A stretch of DNA of 64,000 nucleotides, taken from the NCBI RefSeq assembly GCF_009914755.1, contig NC_060928.1. One strand, 5' to 3'. Positions within the stretch are counted from its first letter, which is position 1; the number at the start of each line of letters is the position of its first letter. This document shows, in pieces, positions 38,537 through 53,964 of this stretch. The position numbers were made by a program, and so were the translations under genes. The notes under the pieces are model-generated. The model did not search any database. It had not been told where the DNA came from and saw only the letters and a list, made by a program, of their open reading frames with translations. This DNA is from the human T2T-CHM13v2.0 reference genome, Homo sapiens.

Positions 38537-40464
38537 TAAGGGCTTTAACTATTGCTGTGTGTATAACTTCTAGATGTTTGGATGCTCTCATTTTATGACT
38601 AAATTTATCACTGTTATTTATGAGTATAGTCCCCATAGGGAATTCAGCACTAGATACAAAGGGAGAAAAAGATCTGGGGCAAAGTAGGAAGTCTCAAAGA
38701 GGCAGGCTCAGGACTAGCATGCATTCTCAATGATAAATGAAGAAAGGATGAGCCACGTTACAAAAGAAAAAAATCAAAAAACTGTGAGAGAAAAAGTCTG
38801 CATAATATCACACAATAAAACAATAATGATAAATAGATGCATTAAAATTATGCTTTTCAATTTGATATATAAGTACTTTAATAATATAGCTAAGACAATT
38901 AACACCATGGAATGAATATAATGTCTTTTCTTGAGGCAACTATTTTATTTGGTAAATTGAGTAAAATCACTTGCTGATAATAAAATTAACTAATGTTTTG
39001 AGGATATTTATTTGTAGTTGCCATTCAAGAATTCTATTATTTGTATTGAGATGAGGAAGACCAACCCAGGTTCTCATCTTGACTTTCTATTTTCCTTGAG
39101 CCATTTCCTAATCCATTTGCAATATTAGCCAGGATACTGCTAAGAAACAAATATTTCTTAGTATAATTTGAAAAAAAAAATTGCACCATATAAAAAAGTG
39201 TAGGCAGGGTTTAAAAACAGCTTGAAGAGATGGACAGTTCTCTAGTTGTAGCAACATTAGGGCGCTGTCACTAACACTGGGCCTATAGGAGCAAGGCAAG
39301 GTGCATTTACCGGAATTTAAGAGACAGCTGAATGGAGAAGCCTTTCTGGCTTAAGTTATGTACTTTGATGGAGTTATTGAACCACGTCATGGTGGTGCAG
39401 TAGACGGGGAGCCAGCGAAATAATGCTGACTTGACTTTCTTTCTGCCTTCGCTATCATATTCTGGTTCCTCACAGTAGATACCAGAGGGCTGAGTGCTCA
39501 CTGATGTATTCCATGTGGGTCATCTCTGAAGGGTACAGCATCTGGGAAGACAAGGAGTGATGGGTGCCAAGAGCAGGTATCCATCTACACTTTCTTAGAA
39601 TTTTTGGGTATTTCCTCTGCCCTTTTTATCATATCATTTCATGTACTCTTTACGTGTAAACAATTGGCTCTACTGAGTACTAACCTTCTTGTTTAAATGC
39701 ATTTGAGACATCACCAAGTACAGTCTTGGGACCTCTTTTCATAGAGTTATTTGATATTCTTCAGTAATGAGTCTCACCCAGTGCCAAGCAGCTGCCTAAT
39801 AATTATCTTTCTAAAAGGGAATAAATGACAAGTACAATCACTTTGTCCAAAAATTATGGATACTGCAGAGAAACTTCTGAAAGTTTTTCCAGAGGCTTCT
39901 GTCTCTGTGTAACTCTTTATGGTTGACACTTAAAATGTCACAGAACAAATATGAATTTTTATTAATATCTTCAGAACATCCTTTTTATATGTTACTTGAC
40001 ACATATGTCCTCAAATTATATCCAGTTTAAGTCCAAATAATTTTAATTTCTTGATAAAAGTGAGGACAGATTTTAAAATAACCTTTTTTTCTTTTATCTT
40101 TAATAGTCTATCTCAGTAGGTCATGTGTCTTCTCAAATTGAAAAATCATTTCTCTTTGTACATTAAGTCATCAATACAATTTGTCAGAGTACAGGTGGTG
40201 ACTGCCATGATCTTACCTGACAGACTACTCCTCTTCATACAGTATTATCATTAAATCACTATCATTATCGTTAATGATAATGATTATTACCATTGAAGTA
40301 GAATTCACCTATTGCTAGAATGACATACTAAGGTATTTTGCTTTTTTTTTCCCAAATAAATGTAAACTTTCTAATTATCTTTTGTAGTAGAGTGGAAAAG
40401 CAAGCATTAGCAGGATTAATGACAGTATATTCTACTCCTCTAGTTTGCTGAACTTCTACTTCTC

Positions 40465-40712
40465 TCATGATTAAAAGCGTGGACTCTGGAACCAGACATT
40501 GTAGATTCAAAATCCAGCTTCACCTCTTATTAGCTGTGTGACTTTGGCCAAATTCTTTAATCTCTCTGTGCTTTATTTTTTTTTAATCAGTAAAGTGAGC
40601 TTTAATAGTATGTACTTCATAGGGTTTCTGTGAGCATAAAAGGAGCTAAAACATGTAAAACATGTAATAGAGAGCCTGGAAACATAAAGGAATAAGTGTT
40701 TGCTATTATTCT
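40465..40712 (+). mobile_element. MIR SINE, near full length
   Basis: 'ggactctggaaccagac...tagctgtgtgactttggccaa...cttcatagggtt...gagcctggaaacata...gctattatt'. Confidence 0.9.
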
Positions 40713-41547
40713 TATACCCAAAACTTTGGTATATACTATTCCTTTAATTGGAAGTCATATTTCCTTAGGTCAATCTGAAAGTCAATACGGTTTAAAATTT
40801 TCCATTGCTTTTAGCTTAGGCAAAAAAGATCAGGGGTTTCTATTAATCTAACCACTTAAACCTGAGAGAGGGGCAGGCACCCTATACATCAGCGAGATTT
40901 TAGCATTTAGTCATAATTTCCACATGACTGTATTATAATCATCATCATGCCACTCAGAACAGATATCATGCTAAACATTTGTAACTTTCCCATGATCATC
41001 TTTGACCTTTAACTACTACAGCCCTACATCTGTCAAATGTTACAACAAGTGCCTTGTCTCACAATTTAGAAATAATGGCATAAACCACAGAACCATAAGT
41101 TTCATCCATGGTTTTTGTGCAAACTATGTTGTCTCAGTCTTTTCCGGAGCAGTTACCAGTAACCAGGGAAATGCAGTAATTCTTTCTTTTATAAATTGTA
41201 ATGTAATCTAATGAGCCAGACCCCTAAGAGATGAGTGTAATTGTCATACTCCACTGGGAATCCTACTTGTCATGATATATCTTAATATCTGAGTCAAAGG
41301 AGATCATCAGTCCAACCAAGCATTACATTCTTCTTCACCCCCTCCATTCCTTTTATCACCCTGGAATTTTTCTACTGAGATTTGTCCTAAATGGTCTATA
41401 GTTTTCATAGCAATTCATCTAAACTATACATACATAAGTTAGTGCAGTCAAGATATGTGACAGAGACAATCATTATTCTTCATAAGAAATAGCGGTACTT
41501 GGTTTTGTAAAAATAAGGAATGCTGAGAATTATTAAATATAATGTTG

Positions 41548-41690
41548 GGCCAGGCATGGTAGCTCATCTTGTGATCCCTGTACTTTGAGAGGTTGAGGCA
41601 GGAGGATCCCTGAGGCCAGGAGTTTGAGACCAGCTTGGTCAACATAGTGAGAGACCCTATCTTTACAAAATAGAAAAAAAAAAGAAGAAA
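41548..41690 (+). mobile_element. FLAM / Alu left monomer
   Basis: ggccaggcatggtagctca...gaggccaggagtttgagaccagc...A tail; no right arm. Confidence 0.9.
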
Positions 41691-42309
41691 TCATGGTACA
41701 AAGTTCTAAAACTTAAAAATTCTCATTTGCTTGAGGAGGTAATAACATGAGAATTACATCAGATCTCCAGGATGCTCAAGTAAACCATCCAGACTCAGCC
41801 ATATGTTTATCAAATTATTTTGTAATGACATGTTTGTGCTGCAATTTCTAAAAATTTAGTAAAAGATGGAAAGTCATATTAGTGTGTAATGATTTTAATG
41901 AACTGTGACTATGACATTTGCATTTAGAAGACATTCAGTGACTCTAAGTTGAATTGACAGTGGCATGACAATCTTGATAAAGAGATTATTAGTGACTGGA
42001 AAAAAGTGCCAAGGCTAGCTTTGTGAAATGTCGTGCCTTCTCTATGTTTTAACTTAGCAGCAGTATATTTGTATATATATATATGTCTCCATTCTTCTAT
42101 CCCTTTCCTCGGGGAGCCCTGTGCACTGGTTGACAGAAGAAGGATGACAGAATCACCTGGTAAGGGGTAAATAACAAAGCACAGAAAGTAGAAATGGGAA
42201 TTGGCTGAAGCACAGCTTTTGAAACCACTATGAATACAGTGGGAGTGGGGCAGGGAGTCAAAGTGAAAGAGTTAAGAGACAAGAATAACAGAAGTTTCTC
42301 CTCCTGTCT

Positions 42310-42460
42310 CCTTGCCTCTCTCCCACTAGAAAGCAAGCTCTGTTAAGGGAGATCTTTTGTTCCCATACAAGCAGCCATATGGGTTTTGTTCCTATACAAC
42401 CAGCACCTAGAGCAGAGCCTAACAATAGCTACTTAGTAAATATTTCATAAGTGAAAGAAC
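42310..42460 (+). mobile_element. L2 3' end
   Basis: 'cactagaaagcaagctc', 'cagcacctagagcagagcct' and 'acttagtaaatatttc'. Confidence 0.7.
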
Positions 42461-43637
42461 AAGAGAACAAAAGTAGCACAGAAAAAGCAGAATTTGAAGA
42501 TTAGAGTATCGACGTAGCTAAGTAAATTGAGAACCCTTCTGCTAGAAGCCTCCAGTTGGTAATACAGGCAATGCCCATCATTCCTATAGTAAATATGTAT
42601 TAATTTGGGGAAAGCTTCACTCTATAAAGCACAATAAAATCACACTCATATAATACCTTCTTATCAACTTCCCAAACTAACAGTGCTGCAAAGCACAAAT
42701 GTAAATGATTGAAGTGATAAAGTTAAAACATCATCAAACAACAATTTAAAAATATTTGCTTAATTTGGTTGTTTATTCCTTGCTGGACGAGTAACTTCTT
42801 ATGGACAGCAGTATCTCATTCATCTTTGTTCCCCGGTAGTTGGCATTATCTGATTCTGAGTAGCCATGCATTTATTAATTTAATTGAACTGAATCCCAAG
42901 AAACATTCTCAGCAAAACATACATCCTGGAAGATCAAATAAGGCCTCTCCTAATCTGTGAAAACAAAGGAAGATAGCGTTGTTACGTTGTTAAATCTTCT
43001 GTAAAACAGGTAACATTAGGAAATTCTTCCTCTGGTTTTAAAGAACAGTTGCACTGACACTAATTTAATTTTTTTAAATGTTTTGCTTTATATAATCCCA
43101 TCACTTGAGGCTTACACTGCAAATCTGTCTTGTCAGACAACTGTTGCCACCCACTGCCTGTCAGCTTCTCAGAGGATGGTGGCTTTGTCAGAGAAAAAGC
43201 ATTTATACCTCTGATGATTCAATCAATTGATTTTGGAAAGCACCACTTCTGAAAGAGCACAGCTTTTAGACAATAAGAAAACCTTGTACTCCAGTCCGTT
43301 GGGCTACAATTTGATTTGTGTTGAAAAGTATTATCAATATGATCCAACTGAGACTGGGGAGACTAGTACATTAGGCAACACAGCAGACATACATATTTTA
43401 AACAAAACAGTTAACAGTGGGACGTAAGATAATATATAGAAACATGGGATCTTAAAGTGTTCTAATATATTTCAATGATAAGTAAATAATTCTGAGGGGA
43501 TTATGGTCTCATCAGCTTTACGTAGATAAGAAGTGGTAAGAATAAGACTGTGAATTAGAAGTCATATATCCTGTGGGTTAGATTAAAAGAATAGTTTCCT
43601 CTAAATTAAAGGCTTTCAAACTAGAACCTTGAGAAGT

Positions 43638-43845
43638 CTGGTGCTGTTCAGTATGGTAGAAACTAGTGTCATGTAATTGAAACTAATTTAAATTAATTAA
43701 ATAAAATTTAAAATTCCATTCCTCAGTCACCTTAACCACATTTCAAATTTCCAATAACCATACTAGATGTTGGCTAAATACAGGATAGGGAAGGCACAGA
43801 ACTTTCCCGTCAGTGCCGAAGGCAATTTTGAGCATCACAACTCTA
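43638..43845. mobile_element. MER3-like hAT-Charlie DNA transposon
   Basis: 'gctgttcagtatggtag', 'aaaattccattcctcagtcaccttaaccacatttcaa' and 'cagaactttcccgtcagtgccgaag'. Confidence 0.75.
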
Positions 43846-44089
43846 AGATTTTGTTTGCCAGTGACTGCTGCTTTCGATTTCATGCTCATCGCAAAGTATT
43901 AAGTAATTCTGCACGTTCCTCAAACCTCATGTATTTGATTTCCACATGGAATTTCACAGAAAAATGATTTTAAAATAATGTAATATCACAGCAACTGTTT
44001 GACTTTGTTTCTTTTTCTCCCCGGATGGTCCCATAATCCTGCTTATAAATGATCTATTCTACATTAGTTGATTATTTATGGTATGTTGT

Positions 44090-44552
44090 TACGTTGGTTT
44101 TCTAGGGCAGCTATAACAAAATAACACAAACTGAGTAGCTTAAAACAACAGAAATACAGTCTCAAAGTTCTGGAGGATGGAAATCTAAAAGGAAGGTGTT
44201 AACAGGGCCATGCTGCCTCTGAAACCTGTAGGGGGATAATTTATTCTATGCCTCCTCCTAGTTTACAGTAGTTCTCAGCAATCCTTGGCATTCTTCGGCT
44301 AGTAGCTATAACGCTTTAATCGCACCCCCGCCTCCCTTATCATATGGTCTTCTTTTCTCTTCTGTCTGTACCTCTTCATCTCTTGTTTATAAGGACACCA
44401 GTCATATTGGATTAAGGGCCCACCCCACTAGTATGACGTCAACTTAACGAACCATACCTTCAATGACCCTATTTTCAAATAAGATCACATTCTGAGGTAC
44501 TGGGTATTAGAACTTTACTTATCTTTTTGAGAGGACAAAATTCAACCCAAAA
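44090..44552 (-). mobile_element. MLT1C-like solo LTR
   Basis: 'gcagctataacaaaataacacaaactgagtagcttaaaacaacagaaat'...'tataaggacaccagtcatattggattaagggcccaccc'. Confidence 0.92.
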
Positions 44553-44787
44553 GAGTTTCTTACAAAATTTCTTATAGACTTTTATATATATATATATGGG
44601 CATGTGTGCACATATGTGTGTGTATATGAAAATATAATAAATATACATATATATATATTTCCACATAGTGACACACATCCAGAGTTAAATCACAAAATAA
44701 GAATCTGTAGAACTTGATCATAAAACAGATTTGCCATGATTAGCAAGTGTATTATTTATCCATATTACTCATAAAAACTGACATTAG

Positions 44788-45160
<373 letters not shown>

Positions 45161-45803
45161 TTATTTTAAAATAAGTATAGACTCAGGGAATTATAAAATA
45201 TATGTGGTAATGATCTGTGTACTCCTCACCCAACCTCCATCAATGTTAACATCTTGCGTAGGAAAGCACAATATCAAAAACCAGAAATTATTAGAAATTC
45301 AAAATATAGAGTTTATTCAGATTTCAGCAGTTACCCATGAGCTCGTGTGTATGTGTGTGTGCGTGCTCATGGAGCTCTTTGCAATTTTATTACATGTGCT
45401 CTCCATTAATCAGGATACTTAATGGTACTGCCACAGGACTTCCATATGCTTCTTCCTTTATAGCCACGTCCCCTCCACCCTGCCCCCAACCCAGCAACCA
45501 CCATTCTGTCCCTGTCTCTATAGTTCTGTGACTTAACAAATGTTATATAAATGGATTCATGCAATATGTATCACTTTGTAATTGGCTTTCTTCATCTTAA
45601 TTTTCCTGAAGTTCATCCAAGTTGTGTGTGTCAATAGTTTATTCCTTTCTATTGCTGAGGAGGATTCCATGATTTGGATGTTCCACTGTTTGTTTAACCA
45701 TTCACCCATTGATGAACATTTTAAGAGTTTCCTGTTTTTGGCAGTTATGAATAAGGCTGCTATGAACATTTATGTATAAGTGACTGTATGTAAAAAACTT
45801 TCA

Positions 45804-46156
<353 letters not shown>

Positions 46157-46375
46157 TCATATGTTAAGACTCTTTTTAGTCTTAAGAGTAACTGTCAAAC
46201 TCTTTTCTGAGGTTGCTGTACCATTTTACATCCAACTAATAATGTTATGAGTCACCTAGTTTTGACACATTGTTGACAGCATTTGTGGTGTTATCACCAT
46301 CTTTAAATTTAGTTATTCTGATAGGTGTGAGGTGTGTACTGATATCTTAACATCTTATTGTGCTTTTAACGTATT

Positions 46376-46645
46376 TTTCTTTTTCTTTTTTTTTTTTTTT
46401 GAGACAGGGTTTTGCTCTGTCACCAAGGCTGGAGTGCAGGATCTCAATCAGGGCTTACTATGGCCTTGAATTCTTGGGTTCAAGCAATCTTGTTGCCTCA
46501 GCCCCCCATGTCACAGGGAGTACATGCATGTGTAACCATGCCCAGGTAACTTTTTAAAAATTATTGCTTGTAGAGACAGTGTCTTACTATGCTGCCCAAG
46601 CTGGTCTTGAACTCCTGGGCTCAAGATCCTCCTGCTTTGTCTCTT
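46376..46645 (-). mobile_element. AluJ, 5'-truncated
   Basis: Poly-T followed by 'gagacagggttttgctctgtcacc'...'gaactcctgggctcaag'. Confidence 0.92.
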
Positions 46646-48394
46646 CATGTATTTTGCTTATTTTGTAATTGTATTGAGTTATTTATTAATATTGAATTTT
46701 AAGAGCTCTTTACACCTTCTACATGAGTCCTTTGTCGGATGTGGGATTCGAAAATATTTTCTCCTAGTCTATAATTTGTATTTTCATCTTAGGGTCTTTT
46801 ACTGAGCAAAATTATTTACTTTAATAGGTTTAATTTATCAAATTTCTGTTTACGGATCATACTTTTGGTGCTAAGTCTAAGAAACCTCTACCTTGTCCCA
46901 GGCCCTAAATATTTTTCTTATCTTTTTAGAAGTTTTATATTTAATACATTATTCATTTTGAGTTAGTTTTTATAAGGTGTCAGATTTAGATTCAGGTTTA
47001 TTTTTTGCCAATAATTGTATAATTGCTTCAACACCACTTTTTGAAAATACTATCCCCCTAAATTGAGTTGTTTTTTTACCCTCTGTCAACAAATAATTCT
47101 AGTTTCTCTGTTCTGTTTCATTGATCTATGTGGTTATTCTTCCAGCACTACTATACTGGTTTGATTACTCTGGCTCTAAAATAAGCCATCATATTGTGTA
47201 GAATAGTTCCTCCCCCTTTATTCTTTTATTTTTCAAGTGTTTTGTCTATCCTAGAGAATTTCTATAGAAATTTTAGAGTAGGTTTGTCTGTGCCTACAAA
47301 AATCTTGCTGAGATTTAAGAATTGCATTAAGCCCACAAACCGATGTAAGAATTGATATCTTTACTATGTTTTGCCTTCCAGTCAGTCAACACAGTGTGCT
47401 TCTCCAAGTATTTAGGGATTCTTTGATTTCTTTCTTAAATATTGTGCGATTTTCATCATAGAGATCCTGTATATATTTTCAGTTAAATTTATACCTAATA
47501 TTTAATCTTATTTGGAACACTTATAAATGGTTTGCATTTGAAATTTATTTGCACTTTTACATGAGAATGTATTTGATTTATGTGTGTTGATTTTGTATCT
47601 CATGACCATATTGAATTAACTTATTAGTTCTAGAAACTTTCTTTGTAGATTCCTTGGAAGTTTTTAATAGAATATCATGACATCTGCAAATAGAAAGAGT
47701 TTTATTCTGTTTCAATCTGTATGCCTTTCATTTATTTTTCTTACCTAATTGCTTTCTATACATCTTCCAATAATATGTTGACTGATGGTAAGGGCACACA
47801 TCCTTGCTTTCTTCACTATTTTAGAGATAAGGCATTTAGCCTTTTACCATTTGTATGATGTTAGGTATAGAATTTTGTAGATTCTCTTTATTAAATTGTG
47901 TTCAGAGCCTGTACTGAGAGTTATGAGAAATTTTGTCCATTTTTGTCTACATAAGTTAATATGATTATTTGCACAATGACTCTTGATTGACTTTCACATT
48001 CTGAACCTGCCATGCCTATGGAATAAAGTCCACTAAATCTTGGTGTATTATTCCTTGTGTACATTGCTGGGTTGAAAAGGCAAAAAATAACTAAGTAAAT
48101 ATATAAATAAATAAAATAAAAAGTTGAGATTTAAATTCATGCCAGATTTTGTTCTGAATGTTTTCATTGTTGCTTCATTTTGCTTTTCTTTGCCTTTGAT
48201 TTTGGCCCAAGTATAATTCTGATTTCTCATAAAATGGGGCCAGTGGAAGCATTATGCATTACTGCATAGTGAAAGACATTATGCAAAATTGTTGTTAATC
48301 CTTTGAATATTTGGTAAAATTCTCCATTGAAAACATTTTGGCCTGGAGATTGGAGATTGCTTTTATAGGATTTTTAAAATTATGAATTCATTTT

Positions 48395-49118
<724 letters not shown>

Positions 49119-49119
49119 T

Positions 49120-49326
49120 ATACAAAATTTTTTTAAAAAAATTAGCGGGGCATGGTGGTGCATGCCTTTGGTCCCAGCTACTCAAGAGGCTGAGCTGGGA
49201 GGATTGTTTGAGTCCAGGAAGCAGGAAGTGAAGGCTGCAGTTAGCTGTGATTGGGCCACTGCACTCAGCATGGATGACACAGTGAGACTATGTCTTAAAA
49301 AATAAAAATGAAAATACAAAATAAAT
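49120..49326 (+). mobile_element. AluJ linker and right arm only
   Basis: 'aaaattagcggggcatggtggtgcatgcc...aggctgcagttagctgtgat'. Confidence 0.9.
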
Positions 49327-49354
49327 TTAAATATTGATGTGTTCAAATATTGAT

Positions 49355-51600
49355 GTGTACAGTTTAATGTATTTTCTTTTTTCTACCTAATTACCTTGGC
49401 TAGAACATTCATTACAATGTTGAATAGAAGTGGCAAACGTGAACATTCTTGTGTTATTCCTGATCTTAGGTTTCAAGCATGAAATAATTCACTACTAAAT
49501 ATTATGTTAGCCGTGAGTTATTCATACATGCTGTTTATCATATTGAAGAATTCAAATATTTTTGTCATGAAAGGTTAATTTTCAATTATGATCTGTTATC
49601 AGTTCTTTATCCAAATACAGCTTACACAACTTATTTTTTCTATTGTATATTACACCTCTTTATATTATAGAACTAAAAATAAAATTGAAAGCATGTTATA
49701 TGTGAAATTTCTTTTTAAATGTGATAAAGGAGAGTGCATATATATTTATACTGTCTTTTATAATTGCATAATAACAATTACCAGCCTTTTTAAAAATATA
49801 CGTTCAAATTACTCTCTGAGGTCCCATACTTTTAGACTAAAGAGCCTTTAGAATTTATTTTCTGTCAAGCCTGAAAGCAATACATTCTGTTTTGTTTCTC
49901 TGAGAATATCTTATTTTGCTTTCCTTTAAAAAGATAGTTTTGCTGGATATAAAATTATGGGTTAATAGTTATTTTCTTTCAGTATGTGATTCCACCACCT
50001 TATGGACTCCACTGTATATGATCATGCATCCACTGTTAATGTTGTTGCTGTATGTAGAACTAACAATCATTTCTCTCTTGCTGTTAGGATGATTTCCTCT
50101 TTATCATTTGATTTTAACATTTTTACGGTGACATGTCTGGGTGTGGATATCTTGGCATTTATTTTATTTTTATTGAGCTTCTTGGCTGTATATGTTAATA
50201 TTTTCTATAAAATTTGTGAAACTTTCTGCTCTTATTTCTTAAAATCTTCTGTCTTCTCTTTCTGTATTCCCTTTATACATTTTGGTGTGCTTAATGATGT
50301 TCTACATTTATATTAGGCTCTGTTCTTAGGCCTTTATTCTCTTCTGTCTTGTCTTTACATCAAATAATCATTATACATCAATTTTCAAGTTCATTGATTC
50401 TATCTTCTGTCAATGTTAATCTACTGTTGAGCCTCTCTAATGAATTTTTCTTTCCAGTTTCTATATTTTTCAACTTAATAATCTTCGTAATTTCAGTTTT
50501 TTCCTTTTTAAGTTCCATCTCTTTATTCATATTATCCTTTGATAAGACATTGTCATTATACCTTTCTTTATTTCATTAAGCATTTTTTCCTTTAGTTTCC
50601 TGAACATATTTATGACGACTGCTTTGAAGTCCTTGCTGTTCAATGCAACAGCTTGGCTCTCTCACAAGCTGTTCCGCTGTTTGCTTTTTTTGCATTTCCA
50701 ATGTATTTATTTATTTTGTTAAAAGTAGTGTGTGTTAGATAACTTAGTTTGGAAAATTTGAATACCCCTAAATAGAGCTTATTATTGCTGGCTTGTTTGC
50801 CTGTTTACTTGTTTAGTGATTTAGCTAGATTATTGTAGTGAAATATAATCCTCCCATGCCGTTAAGCCTTTAATATCACTACTTACTTGGTGTGGCCTTT
50901 GGTATTTTTATAATCATTATAAAATGAGATTGGTTCTAGCAGGGCTCTCTTTAGCTATTTCTTTGCATGAATTCTCTGTTAAGCTGTCTCTCTCTGTCAA
51001 TGTAACATCCAGTTTTTAGGCTCCACTGACAGTTGACTGAATTTGCTATTGTTTTCAACAATGCCTTGGAGTACAAATTACTCCACAGTCTGGTCAAATT
51101 AAATGCTTGTCCCTCTGCAAGTATAGTATTTGATGCCTATGTTTGTGGTTAATTGTGACACCAGGAGGGCTCTTCCTAACTGTCTCTTTCCCTGATTCTC
51201 TCTGGTAAACTATTTAGCTTACAACTTACCTTGTTGCTGTCATGGAGCTGTTAGCCTTAACTTAATTGCTTACAACCAAAATCTTCATAGTTTTCAGGAA
51301 TGCCATTAGGCTTGAATTTCCTCATACTTTGTTTCAAACACTCTGTTCTTTTGAGGCTAATTTTGGAGAACTCTGCTCTTATAGTCTGCTTGTCCTCCTG
51401 GGAAAAATACCTGGCTACTGCTCTGGAAGTAAAGATGGGGAAAGTGACCCACTTTTCTCTGGGTGACACTCATGTTTGAAGAGCAGAACACTGAACTTGG
51501 ATTGTAGACACTGGTATTCTTGAATTTCCTCTCCTTTCATTAACCTCCAGCTTTCAAGTAAGCTATAGCATGGTTAATCAAGGTCTCAGTATTTTCCATT
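49355..51600 (-). mobile_element. Old L1M fragments (ORF2 piece, ORF1 and 5' region)
   Basis: 'ttggctagaacattcattacaatgttgaatagaagtgg', 'aagatagttttgctggatataaaatt' and 'aatctactgttgagcctctctaatgaatttt'. Confidence 0.75.
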
Positions 51601-53104
51601 TGTCTTGAATCACATAGATGCTCTGCTCTAAAAGTGGGTTGCTATGAACATGGAGTTTTATGGTTCAACACATCAGGTACTACTGGTTTCATGACATACA
51701 ATTTAAGTAAAATAGTAAGTTTGTCCAACATGGTCAAGCGTTTAGTCTCTACTTGCACCCAGTAGCAAAGAAGAAGCTACTTTTTATTTAAATAAATCTT
51801 TCTGGCAGAAGATGATGTGAATATACTCCAAAGCACAGAAGAACTTGCTAGAAGTTCTTCCAGTAGCACTATTAGTATTGGTTTAATACTGAAGTAGCAG
51901 GGTACCTGATATTGTCAATTGGACCTTTTTATCAATCAAATTACCACCTCATTCTATTAAAAATGAAATATCTTATTCTTTTAACAATGCTTATTTTAAA
52001 ATTTTATAACAGTATGCTCTGAACTTTAAATTTACTTGCCTTAATTTCTATAAGTGACCTTCCTTCATACTTTACTCACTTCTCCCACAGTCTTCTGTTT
52101 TATGTGTAATTCTCCTAGACTTTGACTAGTAAACTTAGCTACACTTGATTTTTACAAATTAAAAGAATGGATAAAAATAACAGGTTTATAAACAAAAATC
52201 TTAGGACGATTTTAAAATAATAAATGTTTTAAAGAGCAAAAATTCAATTAAGAAAGTTTCTGAGATAATTGAAAAAAAAATTCTAAGTGACATACATCAG
52301 CACTACAACCATAATAAATACATTTATTTTTCCATTATAATTGTCTTTAAAGCAGTATGATTTTTGTGGTTGGTGATTCTTAGTCCAAATAACTATAACT
52401 AATAATATTAGCAAAAATAGAAAATTGGCCAATAATGGATGGAGAGATTAGATAGAATTGGATAACGCAATGTACAGTTTATGCATAATACATTAGAGTA
52501 AGATAATTCAAAGATAAAGATGTCATGTCAGATAGTGTGGGAAGTAGAAATTCATCAAACAATTAAAAAGGTTTCAATAAAATTGTAGTTATTTTCAACA
52601 TTGAATGGTATAATTCTTATTTGATGAATTAATCTCAAGACAGAAATATGAATTATCATCCTATATTGCTGTAGATTACAATAAATACAACATTCTTTGT
52701 TTCATATAAGCATGCTTCTTGTGTTACTAATATGTAAAGAACACGCTGCCTCTATAAATAACTAAAAGACTATGTATATTAATTTAGAGTTTAATAATAT
52801 ATGAAAGAGATTAATTTTTAACATAACAAACATCATGTTTACATAAGCAATTACATTTACATTGAAATGGCAAATATTTTAAAAAGACATCATCTATTCA
52901 AATATTCATTATGTGTCTATTAGCTCTAATACATTAGAGAATTAGGGAATATTAAATAGAAAACACCTGCCTGAATGTTTCTACTTTTAATTATCACAGT
53001 TTAATAACATTCAAGGCATGCAATTTGCCAAGATTTGAGAATCTCAAAAAGTTAAACATAGAGGACAAAAAAAAGAGGGCAAGAGTTGAAAAAATAGTAA
53101 TTCA

Positions 53105-53620
53105 ATCATCTCTCATATATTTAGTGACTGCCTAATGTGTACCTCCTACATACAGAGCCTTGTTCTGGATGTGGTATAAATGAAACAGACAAACATCTCT
53201 TCTTATTAAATTGCATTATTTGTATGTGTTGAATGGGGTGATGTAGGTAATAAACAAAATTAAACCTATAACATGTTAAGTGTCTATAAAATATGGAAAT
53301 GAATAAGCAGCACGGTTGAATAGGCATATTTTGGATTTTGTGGAAGGTGATTTCCAATTTTGCATAAGGTAATAGGAACTCTCCCTGGGAAGCAGACACT
53401 TGAAGAAGGTAAAGAGACCATTCATGAGGATATCTGGGGAATGTGTATTTGCAGTGGAAGAAACAGCAAATATAAAAGCCCAAGTCAGGAGTATGTATGT
53501 TCCTTTAAGAGAAGAGAAGGGAAGTTATATGACTGCAAAGAAATGAGTGAGGGAGAAAGGTGCAAGAAAGATGATCAGGTGTTTGGAGAGCTAACGGGAT
53601 GCTACACCATATAGTTCCAT
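53105..53620 (-). mobile_element. L2 3' region
   Basis: 'gcagacacttgaagaaggtaaagag...gtggaagaaacagcaaatataaaagccc'. Confidence 0.75.
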
Positions 53621-53625
53621 GTAGA

Positions 53626-53964
53626 GTTTTTTTTGTTTTGTTTTGTTTTGTTTTGAGATGGAGTCCTGCTCTGTCGCCCATGCTGGAGTGCAGTGGTGTG
53701 ATCTCGACTCACTACAACCACCGCTTCCTGGGTTCAAGCGATTATCCTGCCTCAGCCTCTGTAGTAGCTGGGATTACAGGTGCCTGCAACCAAGCCCAGC
53801 TGTTTTTTTTTTTATTTTTTATTTTATTTTTTATTTTTAGTAGAGACAGGGTTTCACCGTGTTGGTCAGGCTCATCTCGTGATCCACTCCTGGTCTCAGG
53901 TGATCCGCCCACCTCGGACTGCCAAAGTGCTGGGATTACAGGCATGAGCCAATGCGCCCAGCCC
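53626..53964 (-). mobile_element. Alu S
   Basis: (GTTTT)n tail and a full antisense Alu with an expanded linker. Confidence 0.96.
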
